A stretch of DNA of 63,994 nt, filler included, from Choristocarpus tenellus KU-1152 (GCA_964200185.2; 12 parts of 12 records of this genome joined end to end with filler, not necessarily neighbours in it), one strand, 5' to 3'. Positions 51,867 to 63,994 are shown, numbered from the whole stretch's first letter. Notes: generated by a model not told the origin, from the letters alone. Made by a program: numbers and translations.

Positions 51867-52216
51867 GTCACCAGCGTACCGTAGTGATCATGAGAAGATA
51901 ATGTCACCTCAAGTGTTCACCAAGAGGTTGGGATCAATGAGGCGATCTTCCTAGACTTTTCCTTAAGAATCTTTCTTTTCAACTCTAGCACGTGGCTGCA
52001 CACTTGACCACGATCTCAAGACAATTGTGTACGCAGCCAAGGTGCATCCTGCCCACCTTCCATTGGGGAACGATTATCCTCCAGAGTTGACGGGGTGGTC
52101 TGTGCTTGCGGTGCGAAGATAGTCGTGCCAATGCAACCGGGTTTTTTTTCAAACGTCCCCATCCCTCCGAACAGAACAGAACAGAAAAGGGCAAAACCGC
52201 TTCACAATAAAAAAAC

Positions 52217-52250
<34 letters not shown>

Positions 52251-52711
52251 GAATACGAAGGGCCAAGTCAACCCAATGCGCTGCAAACCTTGAGATTCTG
52301 GAAAGGGCGGGCAAGAAGGGAGGACCAACGGCATAGGCGTAGGATGCAGCAAGTCAGTCAGCCACCTCACCTAGACAGGGGGGACACTGAAATTCTGGCA
52401 GCTACCCACCCTACGACCAGGAACACCGAAAACACTCCCGAAAATGCAATTGGCGCTCTGCCGTGGCAGGATTAGAAGCCCTGCTAGTGCTCTACAAACG
52501 TCCAGTATAGGGTGTTATCAATAACGTATCGGTTTTCAGCTAAAAAAATATTCCCCCCCTCCCCCCCCCAAGCCCCTCATTTATGCAAGCGTCGCGCCCG
52601 AGCATTGAGAACAAACATTTCCCCTGACCGTGCCCCCCCTCCCCCCCCTCCCCCAATCGACCAAATGCACCACTCTCAACCGGGAGGCGTCTGTGTCCGC
52701 CCATCTCTCAC

Positions 52712-53143
52712 CAACCCCTCCTCTATCCGTTTCAGCCGCTCCCTACAATACTCCGTCGGCACGCTTCGCCGCATAATGCGCCCTACCCGGCCTTCACCAA
52801 CACAATAGTGACCATAATAAAGGTCCTCATCACGGATTACTCTCGCTTCTGCTTCCGAAGCAGTCGCCGCGAGCCTCCACGTCTCATCCGTGGATCTTAG
52901 CCCCAACGTGCCGAACAGGTGATGGATCCCCTCCTCCGTAGAGAGCGAATTCATCTCGATTTCTACAAACTTGCAGCATCTGCCACCACGGCCTAGGTTT
53001 TCCTCCCCTCCGATTCCTGCCTCCGGCGGCGGTGGCGGCGGTTTGCACGTTGTGTGAGGCGTGATGCTCATGTCTGGTTCACCATTCTGCATCGCGTCGT
53101 TCCCGCTGGAGGAGTGCAGCTCAACAAAGGTCCTGTTTGGCAT
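52712..53143 (-). CDS. Probable first coding exon of an unidentified gene
   Basis: GC-rich ATG-initiated ORF (MPNRTFVELH...LFGTLGLRSTDETWRLAATASEAEARVIRDEDLYYGHYCVGEG...ERLKRIEEG) ending at candidate donors (GTTGGT/GTGAGA). Downstream exons are not resolved. Confidence 0.45.
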
Positions 53144-53465
53144 CGGGGGGCGTAGAGTGAAATGTTAATAGTAAGTAGGAGAGCGGTACGTCCGTGGAGA
53201 CAAACGATATACTTTTAAAATTATTATTACTAGTTTTTTTTTATAAAAAAAAAGCAAAAATATCAACAAAAAAGACCCTTTTGGTTTTTAGGGTTAGGGC
53301 CGGTGCAGGTCATAAACTTGCAGAGGAGATTGGGGTGCGGGTATTGACGGTAGTGGAAGCGAGAGNNNNNNNNNNNNNNNNNNNNNNNNNNNNNNNNNNN
53401 NNNNNNNNNTTAATTAATTAANNNNNNNNNNNNNNNNNNNNNNNNNNNNNNNNNNNNNNNNNNNN

Positions 53466-53535
53466 ATATGTATATAGTTTTCATTGGTTTCCCCCTGACA
53501 CATCTGCAAAATGTCAGAGGGCATAATAATATATA
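53466..53535. repeat. Copy of the 10979-11186 foldback arm
   Basis: atatgtatatagttttcattggtttccccctgacacatctgcaaaatgtcagagggcataat is the near reverse complement of 10981-11046. Confidence 0.8.
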
Positions 53536-56500
53536 ATAAAATATTTGTACATATATACCGAAAATATTTTATCCTATTCACATCATACCGATAGCTATAA
53601 TAAAATACGGAAGGTATAATAATAAAAATAAGTACTAGAAAAATATGTATGTATGAAAATAATAGTATAAACAGAACCATCCATCAAGAATAGGAAGACC
53701 GAAAAGAGTGTCATATATTTTCAAGTAACAGAATCAAGAGGATACCAAAGATGATCCTGTGTCACTAGTCATCAAGAATAAATTCCCAGACAGGTACGTT
53801 CTTCTTTCAGTTCAACCCACTAACCCGTACATTGCAGGTGTGTTGATATGTATTGAGAATGGGACTGGATTCGTCCACTTGAAGGATTGCGTACTGCTTT
53901 TCGAAGTAAACCGGTACTGTGTAAGATCTCAGGGGCCAGCTAAGGAGAGGAGGGTTGTTTGTTTCTCCAACCACTTTCCTCATTGTTGGTAATCAGTCGT
54001 AAGTTGGAGGTTTAGATCACTCTGATCGTTCGTCTTCTAGAATTCAGTTGTCGTTGTAAACCAACACGCGCTCCACGCGAAACATTGTAGAGACGACATA
54101 GGGGACAACGATCCCATTTGAAAGGTAAGATGGAGATGAGTTCGCGGTGTGTTACTGTAGGTCACTGTTGTCGAAATCGATCTCATCATTGTTGTGGTTG
54201 GGACTTTGGCGTGTCGTTGATTACCAAGGTCATGCCAAACACTCCTAGAGTCCAGAAAGGAGATATTACAGCGTCGAATGTTGTTCACTCTTTCACAATA
54301 GGGTTTGGCCACCTGGCTGTTGCGGAATTGACGCTTTGCTGAAAAAGGGTCAACCTGCCTGGCGCAACAGTTGGGTCATCGGACAAACTTGTTTTTCGAC
54401 TCCCAGGTCAGTTTTAGCTGCAGCGAGGGGGAGAAGGGAAAGGAGAGGAAAGGCTTGTGCGAGGTATCGAATTTTGGAAGTACACAGAGGTAATGCCGTC
54501 ATGGGTTAGGGAGAATGCTGAAGTGGTGATGAGTAGGGATGTGACAGGCAATGGAAATGTGTCAACACCATCAAGCTCAGCTGAGAGTCCGGTAACAACA
54601 GATAGGGGAATGGAGGGTATTGACCGCATCATTGAGCAGCTTCTGGCAGCCCAAGGTGAGCTGATTGTTCGCAAGTATAGGAGATAGCTGTATGTAATGT
54701 TTGACTTTGTTGCCTTAAGGGATGTGCATGCCATTGGAGACCTCTCTGAAAGCACCAACAGAAGTTTTCGTTGTTTTACTTCTTCGACCTTGAAAGATGG
54801 ATCGCGTTCCTACATCAATGCAACTAAGAAACTAGTCTGAAACCGCTTTGTGCGTTTGGAAGAGCGAATGTACCAAGCAAAGAGTGGTGGTCAAGAGTGG
54901 TACATTCACTTGATAGCGTAGGGGAAGGGAAGGGGGTGGTTGACTAAGAGTTGGGAGGAATTGATTGTGAAATTCTCTCCTGAAGGGTTGATAGCGAGCT
55001 GTTGGTGCCACCATAAGAAATTCTTCGGGGCTTAGTATCGACGGGGGATCGAGAGTTTAAGGTAATAGAGTGGGAAGAGGGAATGTTGGGGTGTAGGATT
55101 CTTGGAAGGTTACGTAATAATCTTTTGTAATCTCGGTGCGGCTGGGTCCAGGATGACGTTGTTGAGACAATACTAGATTGGTCGCTGCAGAGCGTATGTG
55201 CCACCCCGTCCTCCCTGCTACGCCATAACTCCCAGGCAAGATGTACGTATTAAGGCATACTCGTGAAGGTTTAGAGTTGGGGAGGAAATATGGTTCAAGC
55301 TCAGTTGTTTGTGGACATGGGATAAAGGGATCGAAGACGTGGGTACTGCAACTAAGGATTGGGAAGGAACATAAGTACTATGCATATACTCCTCAAATCT
55401 AGATGTCCTACTGCTTTGTACAGAGGTTATTGGTGCTGGTAAGGAAATAAAAAATACAAGCAGGATCCTGTATACTATTGATCATTTGTCGTGAGTGGAT
55501 CCACGCACATCACTCCAATAACTCATCTTCGTCTCCCCACCTCCCCTCCTGCAGTTGTGCAAGTAGAATCCCATTTGAAATTTGAATGGGCTATGGGGTT
55601 CAGATACCTACAATGCGAAAATATACTTGCATGTGTGGGAGGTGTTGATATTGGAATAATTTTTCAGGAGATGTTCCGCACCAACAAAAATTGAAAAGAA
55701 GGAAGCATTTTTCTCAGCAGAGAATCCTGCTTCTACTTCTTTGTTCCCTAGAGTTACCACTCTCTACAGATGAGTTACCATGTTGGTAAATGCTTCCTGC
55801 ACTACAAAGTCTCTATTTATTGTGTCCAAAGTCACTAGGACCAGTGTGAACCTCATCTGTTCTGTAGGAGGAGTGAAAATTGAGGTCATTTTGTCCACAC
55901 ACAATATTGTGTATATTAAAGAACCCAATGTTTGTAAGGCCAGGACGATAGCGTTCACAAACCTTGAATGTTGGGAAGCGCACTATTTTTTTGTTTGGGA
56001 CATTTACCCCGCCGTCGAAGCTGTTAAGACAGAAGTAGTGGATGATCACAATTATATTTTGGCCTGGTTTCTTGAAGCACGGATTCGTAGACTTGTATGA
56101 AGTTTGCGGATTGCATGTGCTGAGGATACAGTCGCAAGCCCAAGGTTCTTACTTGTAGGGCTAGTCGCATCGGGAAAAACATACTGGCGGAAACAATGTA
56201 CTGCGCCAAGACATTATTCAAATCGGAGAGGTGATGATTATAAGTGAACCCCTTCATTGGTCGGTTCTTTGTCACGGCCTCAAAAGACAGAAGAATTGGT
56301 TGACTGTTTCTGCTTGACTCTGGCCATGAGATCACCGAAGTGTTTTTTTCAAAAAGAGATGGCAAGGATTTTGAGTTCCTGAATATTCCCCCCCAACATT
56401 GTTCTGGAGTTTGGTTTGAGGTTTGCGGGCCGTTCAGCAACTGCTGTCCAATCCTGGGGTTGATTTGACGAGCTGTTGTCGAGAATCTCTGGTGTGAATT

Positions 56501-56661
56501 GTCGATGATGGCCAGGTGCCCGCCGTTCTCAGTAGTATACAGTTGCAGCTAACGGGGGGGGNNNNNNNNNNNNNNNNNNNNNNNNNNNNNNNNNNNNNNN
56601 NNNNNTTAATTAATTAANNNNNNNNNNNNNNNNNNNNNNNNNNNNNNNNNNNNNNNNNNNN

Positions 56662-56708
56662 TGGCCACCCTGGTGTAGACCCCCCCCCCCTCCCAGATAC
56701 TCTGGGTC
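56662..56708. mobile_element. MITE family A right end at a contig start
   Basis: caccctggtgtagac, C-tract, cagatactctgggtc. Confidence 0.75.
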
Positions 56709-56891
56709 AAATACTTCACCATGCTCCTTGTAACACGAAGTTGGTTGATCTCAACCGTCAACTGACTCTCTGCTCGGTAGCTCAGGGGTTTACTAATGTT
56801 TCAACACATTGCTGTGTAGATTTCAGCAGCATCTCATTGGTGGCACATGCTCTGATCGCCCTCCTCAAATCTGTAGCATGGCGACTGGGAG

Positions 56892-57060
56892 ATTTGTTAC
56901 AGGCGAATAGCTCGAGCATTTCTTCTCGTGTTCAAACAAATGCAAGCATTTGTTACACGCGAATAGCGTGAGCGTTTCTTCTCATATTTTAGCAAACACG
57001 AGCATTTGTGACAGGCGGATAGTGCTAGCATTGTTTCTCGCGTTCTAACAAGTGCGAACA
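56892..57060. repeat. Degenerate 56-bp tandem repeat x3
   Basis: atttgt.aca.gcg.atag starts at 56892, 56948 and 57004. Confidence 0.85.
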
Positions 57061-57599
57061 ATATACGAGATTAGTAATACATGGGTAGCCTTACAGAATA
57101 TAGCTGATTTCGTAGAAGATACAGAGTAAGATTCGTAATGCATACATAACATTACAGAAGAAACGTCAAAGTTGCTAAAAAGTTGCAGAATAAAGGTTTA
57201 AGATTGGAGTAAGTAGAGAGCAGTTGCATAGAAGACCAAAGAAATTGGGTGGATGATGAAAATAATAAGAGGGCTTTTGGTCAAAACCTTTACCCATCTT
57301 AAATCAATATTTTATCTTGAACGAAACATTGGATCCAGCATTGAGCTAAGCACTGACTGGAGTATCAAGAAAAGGATGCCTGACACCCAACAAACTGTTA
57401 CCAAGGGCAACGTCCCCATAGGGTCATTTTAAGGTCGTTGGATTTGAGTTATACATCCTGTGGACGTGAGTTCTGGGGCACGCTGTAACAGATTACCTGG
57501 AACGAGAGAACATACTTCTTGAAGAACAATGTGGTTTCTAGTCCCAATGCTTGACAGTGGGTTGACATGACATACACGGTACCTGCCCTCCAAGGGCTT

Positions 57600-58350
57600 A
57601 GACAGAAAAAGCATGCTCCACTATTCATCAGGTGTTTTTGTCGATCTACAAGAAGAACACAACACTGATGATCGTGATCTCTTGTGGGTTGTGCTGACCA
57701 GATTTAGTATACCTCTGAAGATTGCTTCTGTCATCTGCCAATTCCACAATGGTTTGAGGGCATGTGTTTGGGGTCAAAGTATCGGGGGGGGNNNNNNNNN
57801 GGGGGGGGGGGGTGGGGTTGTTTTGGGGGGGGGTGTCCATTTCGGTCAAACAAGTCTTTTTTTTGTTGACATTTCAAATCCGATACGTGCAGCCAAATCA
57901 CACCAAAAAAGTGAAACTCGAAAAAAGGGTAAAAAACGGACGCCGACACCCCCCCCCTCAGATACTTTGACCCTTTGCACAGATGTCGGCGAATACACAA
58001 ACTAGTTAGAGTTGGGACGGAGCCTTTAACAGGGGTATATTCTTGCTCCCATCCTCAATACCTTCACTGCAGCGCACGGTGTAAAATCCAAGGAGTTCAA
58101 CTCTCACCCGTCCATCTCCAAGGACTTCGGTTGTCATCAAGAGGGCAGCCACAAACAACCAGATCTGATGAGGAGCACCAGGGACCGGGATAATACTACA
58201 TGGGTGTCTCGTGGGATATGCTTTATGTTGATGATGTGGGCACCATCTCCAAGACCAAAGGAGGTTTGATCAGGATGATGGCAGTACTTTTAAAGGTTAC
58301 TAGATCAATAGGATTGACTGTGTCAGCATCAAAGACGGAGACCATCATGT
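57600..58350 (+). pseudogene. Degenerate non-LTR retrotransposon (RTE-like LINE) reverse transcriptase, interrupted by a MITE
   Basis: FVDLQEEHNTDDRDLLWVVLTRFSIPLKIASVICQFHNGLRACV, then the MITE, then CTDVGEY...QGYILAPIL and WDMLYVDDVGTISKTKGGLIRMMAVLLKVTRSIGLTVSASKTET (YxDD motif). Confidence 0.88.
57771..57973. mobile_element. MITE family A, complete, 4-bp TSD TTTG
   Basis: gggtcaaagtatc / gatactttgaccc. TTTG at 57767-57770 and 57974-57977. Confidence 0.93.
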
Positions 58351-58542
58351 GCCTTCTACATTGGAATTAGGCTCCTGATGTGATTGTTCATCAAGTAGTT
58401 TCTGAATGTAGAGTTCTTTACGCATCACTCTACTATTTCTCCATCTTGTGGTTGAACTCTCCCACTGTCGGGACAGGGGATTCTGGATGTACCACATTGG
58501 CAGTACAGACTTGAAAATAGCCACCCCAAAAGCAGCAGAGGT

Positions 58543-58809
58543 GAGTGAAAGTATCTTAGAGGGTGAGTTTTGCCCTGTTTGTCCATTTGGGGCTTGGCTT
58601 CCCACGGGTTTTTAATGGTATTTTACCTAATCCGAAATGGCTTGGAGTATCCTATTTTGCATACAATGTGAACGTTATGAAAGGGTGTGTGCGGAAGAAG
58701 GATATTGACACTTCCTAACAAACACGATAGCCAAAATTACATCAAAATATCAACATTGGATTTTGGCCCCCAAATGGACGTGGCTCTACGTTCTAAGGTA
58801 ATTTGACTC
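58543..58809. mobile_element. MITE family B, complete (267 bp), 4-bp TSD AGGT
   Basis: gagtgaaagtatcttaga / tctaaggtaatttgactc. AGGT at 58539-58542 and 58810-58813. Confidence 0.92.
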
Positions 58810-59721
58810 AGGTTCTTGAATGCACTGCATTGCCAGAAGTCTCTATTGTATATATGAGGCACCAGTACTATCATCCACGGTATGTATCATAACAGACTCT
58901 GCACTACCTATCACTCCTGACTCTTCAAACTTAGTATGCGCCATGGCTCCTACCCCTGAATCTTCTTATTGACATATCTCAGCAAGACTCATTGGGGCGA
59001 GGTCCAAACTCCTTGATCTCAGTTTTTCAGATTTTCAAAGTTCTCCTTTTTGCGGATGGTGACGTTTTGCTTAGGCAGGGTTAGTTCTCCGTTCATTGCA
59101 ATGATATGCCCCACGCTTGAGGTGTAAGCGTTGGGGTAATGATTATTTTCCTAGATAGCTTCTACACAAACGTTCCACAAAAACAAGCGCACCACTCGGG
59201 AAGTTTGCAACATATTTTGATTTCTACAGGGCAGTCTCAGAGTGACCCAACAAAATAGTCCAACTTGAATCGGTCCCTTTCATAGGTTTAGGTTCCTGGT
59301 GTAGATCTTCTGGGTTCTGACTTGGTTTCCATCTCAGACAAAGTTGTGAGCCCCCCACAGTTGAACCAAGAGCAATCTGCGATCGAAACAGAAAAGTATT
59401 CCAACCTAGTCGGAAAATATATGAAAACAGATTTTTCTGCTTCATACCACCTGTACATTATTAGTATGTGCCTTTGCTTGGACTACATAGTTTCTTAGTA
59501 GCAACGAACTGCAAGTGATTTGTCTTCAGTCCTTGGTCACTTATCTGTAGCTTTTTGTTTGGTGTTCGTCTACTGTCTCTATAATAATCTCGAATTGNNN
59601 NNNNNNNCTGTCACTATAATAACCTCGAATTGCATGTATCGTTGATTCTCACGAAGTGGTCTGCGTATAGGCTTCAAGTCCTGAAATGCAATGAGGCGAC
59701 CCAGTGCACTGAAGAACTGGT

Positions 59722-61072
59722 TGTTGAAACCTGGATCGAATGCAGAGCAGTGAGTGAGGTGGTAGATGGTATGGAGGGTAATGACAGTTTGGTGGATGGT
59801 GTAGGGATAGGTGTGATTAGTGGCCCCACCAGGCGTAGGGTCAATGGGAGAGGTGAGTGGGGTAGGGGTGGGAGTAGGTGGTACCGGGAGGGCAGGTGGA
59901 CTTTGGGTGTCAGTTGGTCGGTGGAGTGTGTAGGTAAAGACGTAAGGGCAGGTGTGGGAATGTTGTGGGTGAGAAGGTGGTGGGTTGGGGGGGGGGACAC
60001 GGGGAGAAAGTCCAAGGCGTACAAGGCATCCAAGCTCCGAAATCCGTGTCTGGCCATTGTAATTCAGTGTATGTGGGTGTGGGTAGTCACTGTAGCCCAG
60101 CCAGTAGTCACCATAGCACAGGTGCTGTACACAAATGACGGCTCGAACCAGGTACCAGCAGGACAATGAAGGACAATAAGACAGGTGATGATGAGTGTTG
60201 CTGCAACAGTCCAGTGAAGGTGGCTTGCCAATTTGAAGGGAGATGGAGGTTCCCAATGCCGGGTGCATTGATGGGGTGGGCAGGGGTAAAAAGGGTGTGA
60301 CAAGAGGTGGTGGGTGGTGTGTTTGACAGGAGGGATTAGCCAGGGGAGGAGCTGTGCAGCCAGGGTGAAGTGTGATTGTGGTGAGGTTGGTTGTGGGTGC
60401 GTCTTGTACTGTGAGTGTGTGCTTGGTCGTGATTGATGGTGGGGTGGGGGGATCGGGTGGTGGTGAGGTGGGGACAGGAGGACAGTTTGGAAAATGACGC
60501 AGGTGGTATCCAGGTTGGTGACAGCAGCTGCAGTGGAGAGCTTGATCAGTAAAAGTAAGCCTGAGGGGTCCCCGACTCAGCTTTTAGTCTTGCGGAGGCG
60601 CATGAGACACTGGTCGGGAGTATTGCCCAGCACTGGAGTCCGTGAAGGTCTTGCGCAGGTCCGTGGCAGGTAGCAATGAGACTTCGTAACAGCTAGTCGT
60701 CAACTTCTTCGTATGGGATAGTAGGTGGGGTAGCAGTGGTAAAAAGACGAGAAGCGCGCTGGATCAAAACTCACTGGGCCCAAAGGGTCCACACAGCTCC
60801 AGATGCTCGTGAAGCAGAGTTCGAACGCGGTTCAGGGGCAGTCATCGCCAGGGGAAATAGGTGGTGTTAGCTTCCATTCCATGGCGGTACAGTGGGTTTG
60901 TCTAGTGCGTATTTGGTGAACGTACAAGAAAAGGTTTGGCAAATGTGCTGTTGTAAATTTCGATCAAGTGTTGAGGCTCATAACCTGTTGAAACCTGAAT
61001 CGAATGCATCGTACATGTAAGCAAAATGCGTAGACTACTAGCGATGAGGAATCATGGTGTTGCGAAGCACCG
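59722..61072 (-). mobile_element. Degenerate Ty1/Copia-type LTR element (LTR end, PBS, decayed gag-like region)
   Basis: On the minus strand an LTR end ...tttcaaca (60986) is followed immediately by ggttatgagcc (60985-60975), the Copia-type half-tRNA-iMet PBS. An ATG-initiated decayed frame (MEWKLTPP...) follows. The same 23-bp LTR end recurs at 59722-59744. Confidence 0.65.
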
Positions 61073-61312
61073 NNNNNNNNNNNNNNNNNNNNNNNNNNNN
61101 NNNNNNNNNNNNNNNNTTAATTAATTAANNNNNNNNNNNNNNNNNNNNNNNNNNNNNNNNNNNNNNNNNNNNGAGAACTGTTGAGTCATTTGATATTCTG
61201 AGTCATTCAATATAAGGATTGGTGAGCCCCACCTAGTGACCGTATCTCACTCTCTTCTCAACTGTGATACAAGCTAACAAACAAAATAAATGGTTGTGTG
61301 GGAAAACAGATC

Positions 61313-61442
61313 TGTGCAATATAGGCTAGGAACATATGGAAACAAGCCCTTGACACTTACTCTACTGAGTCAATACTTCTGTTGTTTAGTGCTGGTCACT
61401 AAACACATAAGACTCTATAGACTACCTAGCCTATATTGCACA
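61313..61442. mobile_element. 130-bp element with perfect 18-bp TIRs (TGT...ACA) and 5-bp TSD AGATC
   Basis: tgtgcaatataggctagg (61313-61330) / cctagcctatattgcaca (61425-61442). AGATC at 61308-61312 and 61443-61447. Confidence 0.85.
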
Positions 61443-61734
61443 AGATCGTCAAGGACAGCTTAACATCACACTTGTCACATGTACCGTTGACACAAGCATT
61501 TTTGAAACTGCCCAAGGAACCGCCAGAGGACGGTTCACTGAGGGGCTCCAGCACGATCCTCTCGCATCTGTTTTGTTTCAATTAGTCCAAAAGTGTTTTT
61601 TGGTGTCAATGTAGAGGTCTGAGTATCGGATCGCACGTCACTAGTGAAGTCCGGCTGTAACTGCCACATATTTAGAGGACGAGGTGAAACGGTTTGAGAG
61701 CGAGTATGTAGTGTGTGTATCTACATTGGGTTGA

Positions 61735-63400
61735 TTATTTGGTTGTTGCTCCAGCTCGTTGTGCAGACACACTGGCCACGTTGTGGGTGTGGTTTTGCAC
61801 GGAAACATACAGCAAGAAGGCCATCATATCAGTAGCACTTTCGAGTGCGGCCTTCACTTTTTCAGAGCCGCATCCTTTGCCTTTGTCACAGAATGCGCAT
61901 GTGCATGCGCAAGCCCGTTGTCCATCGTCGCCAATGATCGTCCTCGCATGTACTTTCTTCAAGTTCTCTCTAGGTACTGAACCTGAAGGTCGGTGGTCAT
62001 NNNNNNNNNNGACGGTGGGTTAGCACCCCCTATTTGTGGAAACAGATGATGCAATATGTGCTGGGTAGCCTGTGGCGGTTAAAAACCATAGACTTACCCA
62101 AACATCACTGTAGCGTGTGTCCCCAAAACCGAAAGACTATTTCCGCACACACCTTGGCATGGCCTTTTTGATGTAGAACAGTCTCCACTTCACGAATGTT
62201 GACAGACAAGGTATTGGCCGTGACGTCCCCTCCAGTTCGAATCTCTCCCTGAAGTTGGCATAGACATCCTCATCTGTCCCAATCTGTGTCCTGTTGCCAC
62301 GTCGGTTGCACCATGTATATGATGTGTTATATTGAAGTTTCGTTGGTCGATGATAAACATGTATTGATGACTCATCCGTAGCGTGAATGGGGGATATGCG
62401 CAACGCTCGTAATGATGTGATTCGCTTGTTTGGAGTACCTCTGCGTGTGCTGTTGACACAGTGCATCCGAGCGGCAAATTCTCTTGTTCGTAGGTGGGTC
62501 TAAGTAGTGGATGCCCTGAGTGGAATCATGAGACGTGATCGGATCGTGGGGCATGGCGGTGCTATTGCTCTCCCATACGGTGATGCCAAGAACATGTGTA
62601 TCAGGATGCTGCAAGTCAAACTGTCGCAAGGAGCTGTCCCTTCCCCCATCGAATACCCGTGGTTTGTCATTTTGTCTGAGGTAACAATGGAACATGTGTG
62701 GGGCAGGTTTAAGTTGCGTACCATGATATAAAGGGATCATCCAAGCATCTGTTAATGATTAGATTGTTCTTGGACATACAGGGGACGTTCGCCCAGGGGC
62801 AAAGTTGTGTGTATCACACCTTTGATGGTTGGTGAGTAGGAAGCTCCATAACTCTGTGAAGAGCACAGAAGGGCATGAGTGTTGGATACGGGAGACGATC
62901 CTCCAGCGTCCTTGGCAGGCGCTGCAGAGGGACTCGTCTGTTGCCGCATGTCTCGTATGTATTCCGTGCGTTTCTTTGTGGATGAACTTAGTGTTTCGAC
63001 CTTGATGTATTTTCTTGCTGTGACGAACAGAAGGGGTTGAAGGTTGACGTCACCCCATCACCCAGTATTTCAACATCAGGAGTGATGCCCGTAAGGAGTT
63101 GTATACCTGCTAGGTGTGCTCGGTGCTAAGATATTTACACATTCTAGGAATAGCTTGACCTGAAGATCAGGTGTGGACTCCTTGCGTTGTTCCCGAGCCA
63201 GCACAACTCGCATCGCGCTCGTCCATGGTGCAAACCTGCTTTTCTCATCCAATAACCAAGAGGCAAGGTAGTTCCAAGTGCGGCCGCTTCTTTCTATCTC
63301 TTCTAGACCATCGTGGTTGACAAACATGGAGAGGAAGAGGTCCATGATCTGGTCCGTTTTGGATTTCTTCCACGAACGAGCGGTACTGGTCTTGGGCAGT
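61735..63400 (-). pseudogene. Degenerate DNA-transposase N-terminal region, probably Sola2-like
   Basis: VYANFRERFELEG...IPCLSTFVKWRLFYIKKA, then a GTAAGT donor (~62097) and a CAG acceptor (~61983), then LKKVH...CACTCAFC...C...SATDMMAFLL. This resembles the Y..F........S.F..lRP.yv plus Cys-rich region I recall from Sola2-type transposases. Stops are present. Confidence 0.45.
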
Positions 63401-63994
63401 CTCTTGAGTCCCCGTTCCCTGAGTGGGGTTTAAGTGAGGTTACGATGTGGGTTGGTGGGTTTGTTGCCCTTTGACACTCGAGTTCGATGTTGATGAGGCA
63501 ATCATCGGTAATGCTGCCATGTTGTTCGGTCGGACGAGGGGCGTGCACAATATTTAGTCATGAAGTGTTCGATGGAGTAGGGCTGTGTTGGGTGATACCT
63601 AACATTCAACATGTCGACAACAGGGTGTTGGATACATTGAGGACCGAAACCGCCTCGGTTAGAATATCTTGAAAAGGTGTGCATCGTGTATGTGGGCACA
63701 TGCAAGCCTTATCAAAAGGGTTATGGATACATCCCATAAAGCACGTAGGGTGAAGTGAATTGAGGTAGTTTCTCATATGGCAGAGTATATGCGTTGATCT
63801 GATTTTTGGAAAATAGTTGACAAATGTTTGGTGGGTGTTACCCCCGAACATATTGGCGTATGTATGTACAGTACCTACCCCGATTTTATGCCAACTATTA
63901 TGTACCGAATACTATTTTGTATCGCTTTTTTCGACATGTTCCAAAAATATACTTTTGTACCGGAATTCTCGTATTCGGGCCGTTTTGCACAAAA

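Noticed and set aside
53281-53300. Telomere-like TTTAGGGTTAGGG
   Set aside because: Only two units and internal; not a telomeric array.
53750-56561. Strand-skewed region with short ORFs suggestive of a retroelement
   Set aside because: No RT, integrase, recombinase or endonuclease motif recognised; left unannotated.

Overview
This is eukaryotic DNA, not a prokaryotic locus. Twelve short contigs (3-10 kb) are concatenated with 100-bp artificial linkers (N44-TTAATTAATTAA-N44), so adjacency across linkers means nothing. The intron-rich GT-AG genes, a flagellar radial-spoke-type gene and the style of the transposons fit a flagellated stramenopile, probably a brown alga (inference). I rebuilt five spliced genes by hand: a partial MORN/RSPH10B-like gene, a complete 10-exon BSD-domain coiled-coil gene, a complete 2-exon DUF202/VTC1-like membrane gene, a divergent partial SLC25 mitochondrial carrier, and a partial single-pass receptor-like gene. 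There is also one tRNA-Glu(UUC). The rest is mostly repeats: Gypsy, Copia, RTE-like LINE, piggyBac-like and probable Sola2-like relics, two related MITE families with 4-bp TSDs, a 130-bp TG..CA element with a 5-bp TSD, and a 324-bp coding-frame tandem array. The best candidate for an undescribed system is the gene at 40365-43203+. It encodes a signal peptide, a 7-blade SBBP-like beta-propeller, a Pro/Thr stalk, one TM helix and a cytoplasmic helical domain that resembles MLKL-N/fungal STAND N-terminal four-helix bundles, i.e. a possible surface receptor fused directly to a cell-death-type effector. All family assignments come from motif recognition by eye and were not checked against databases.
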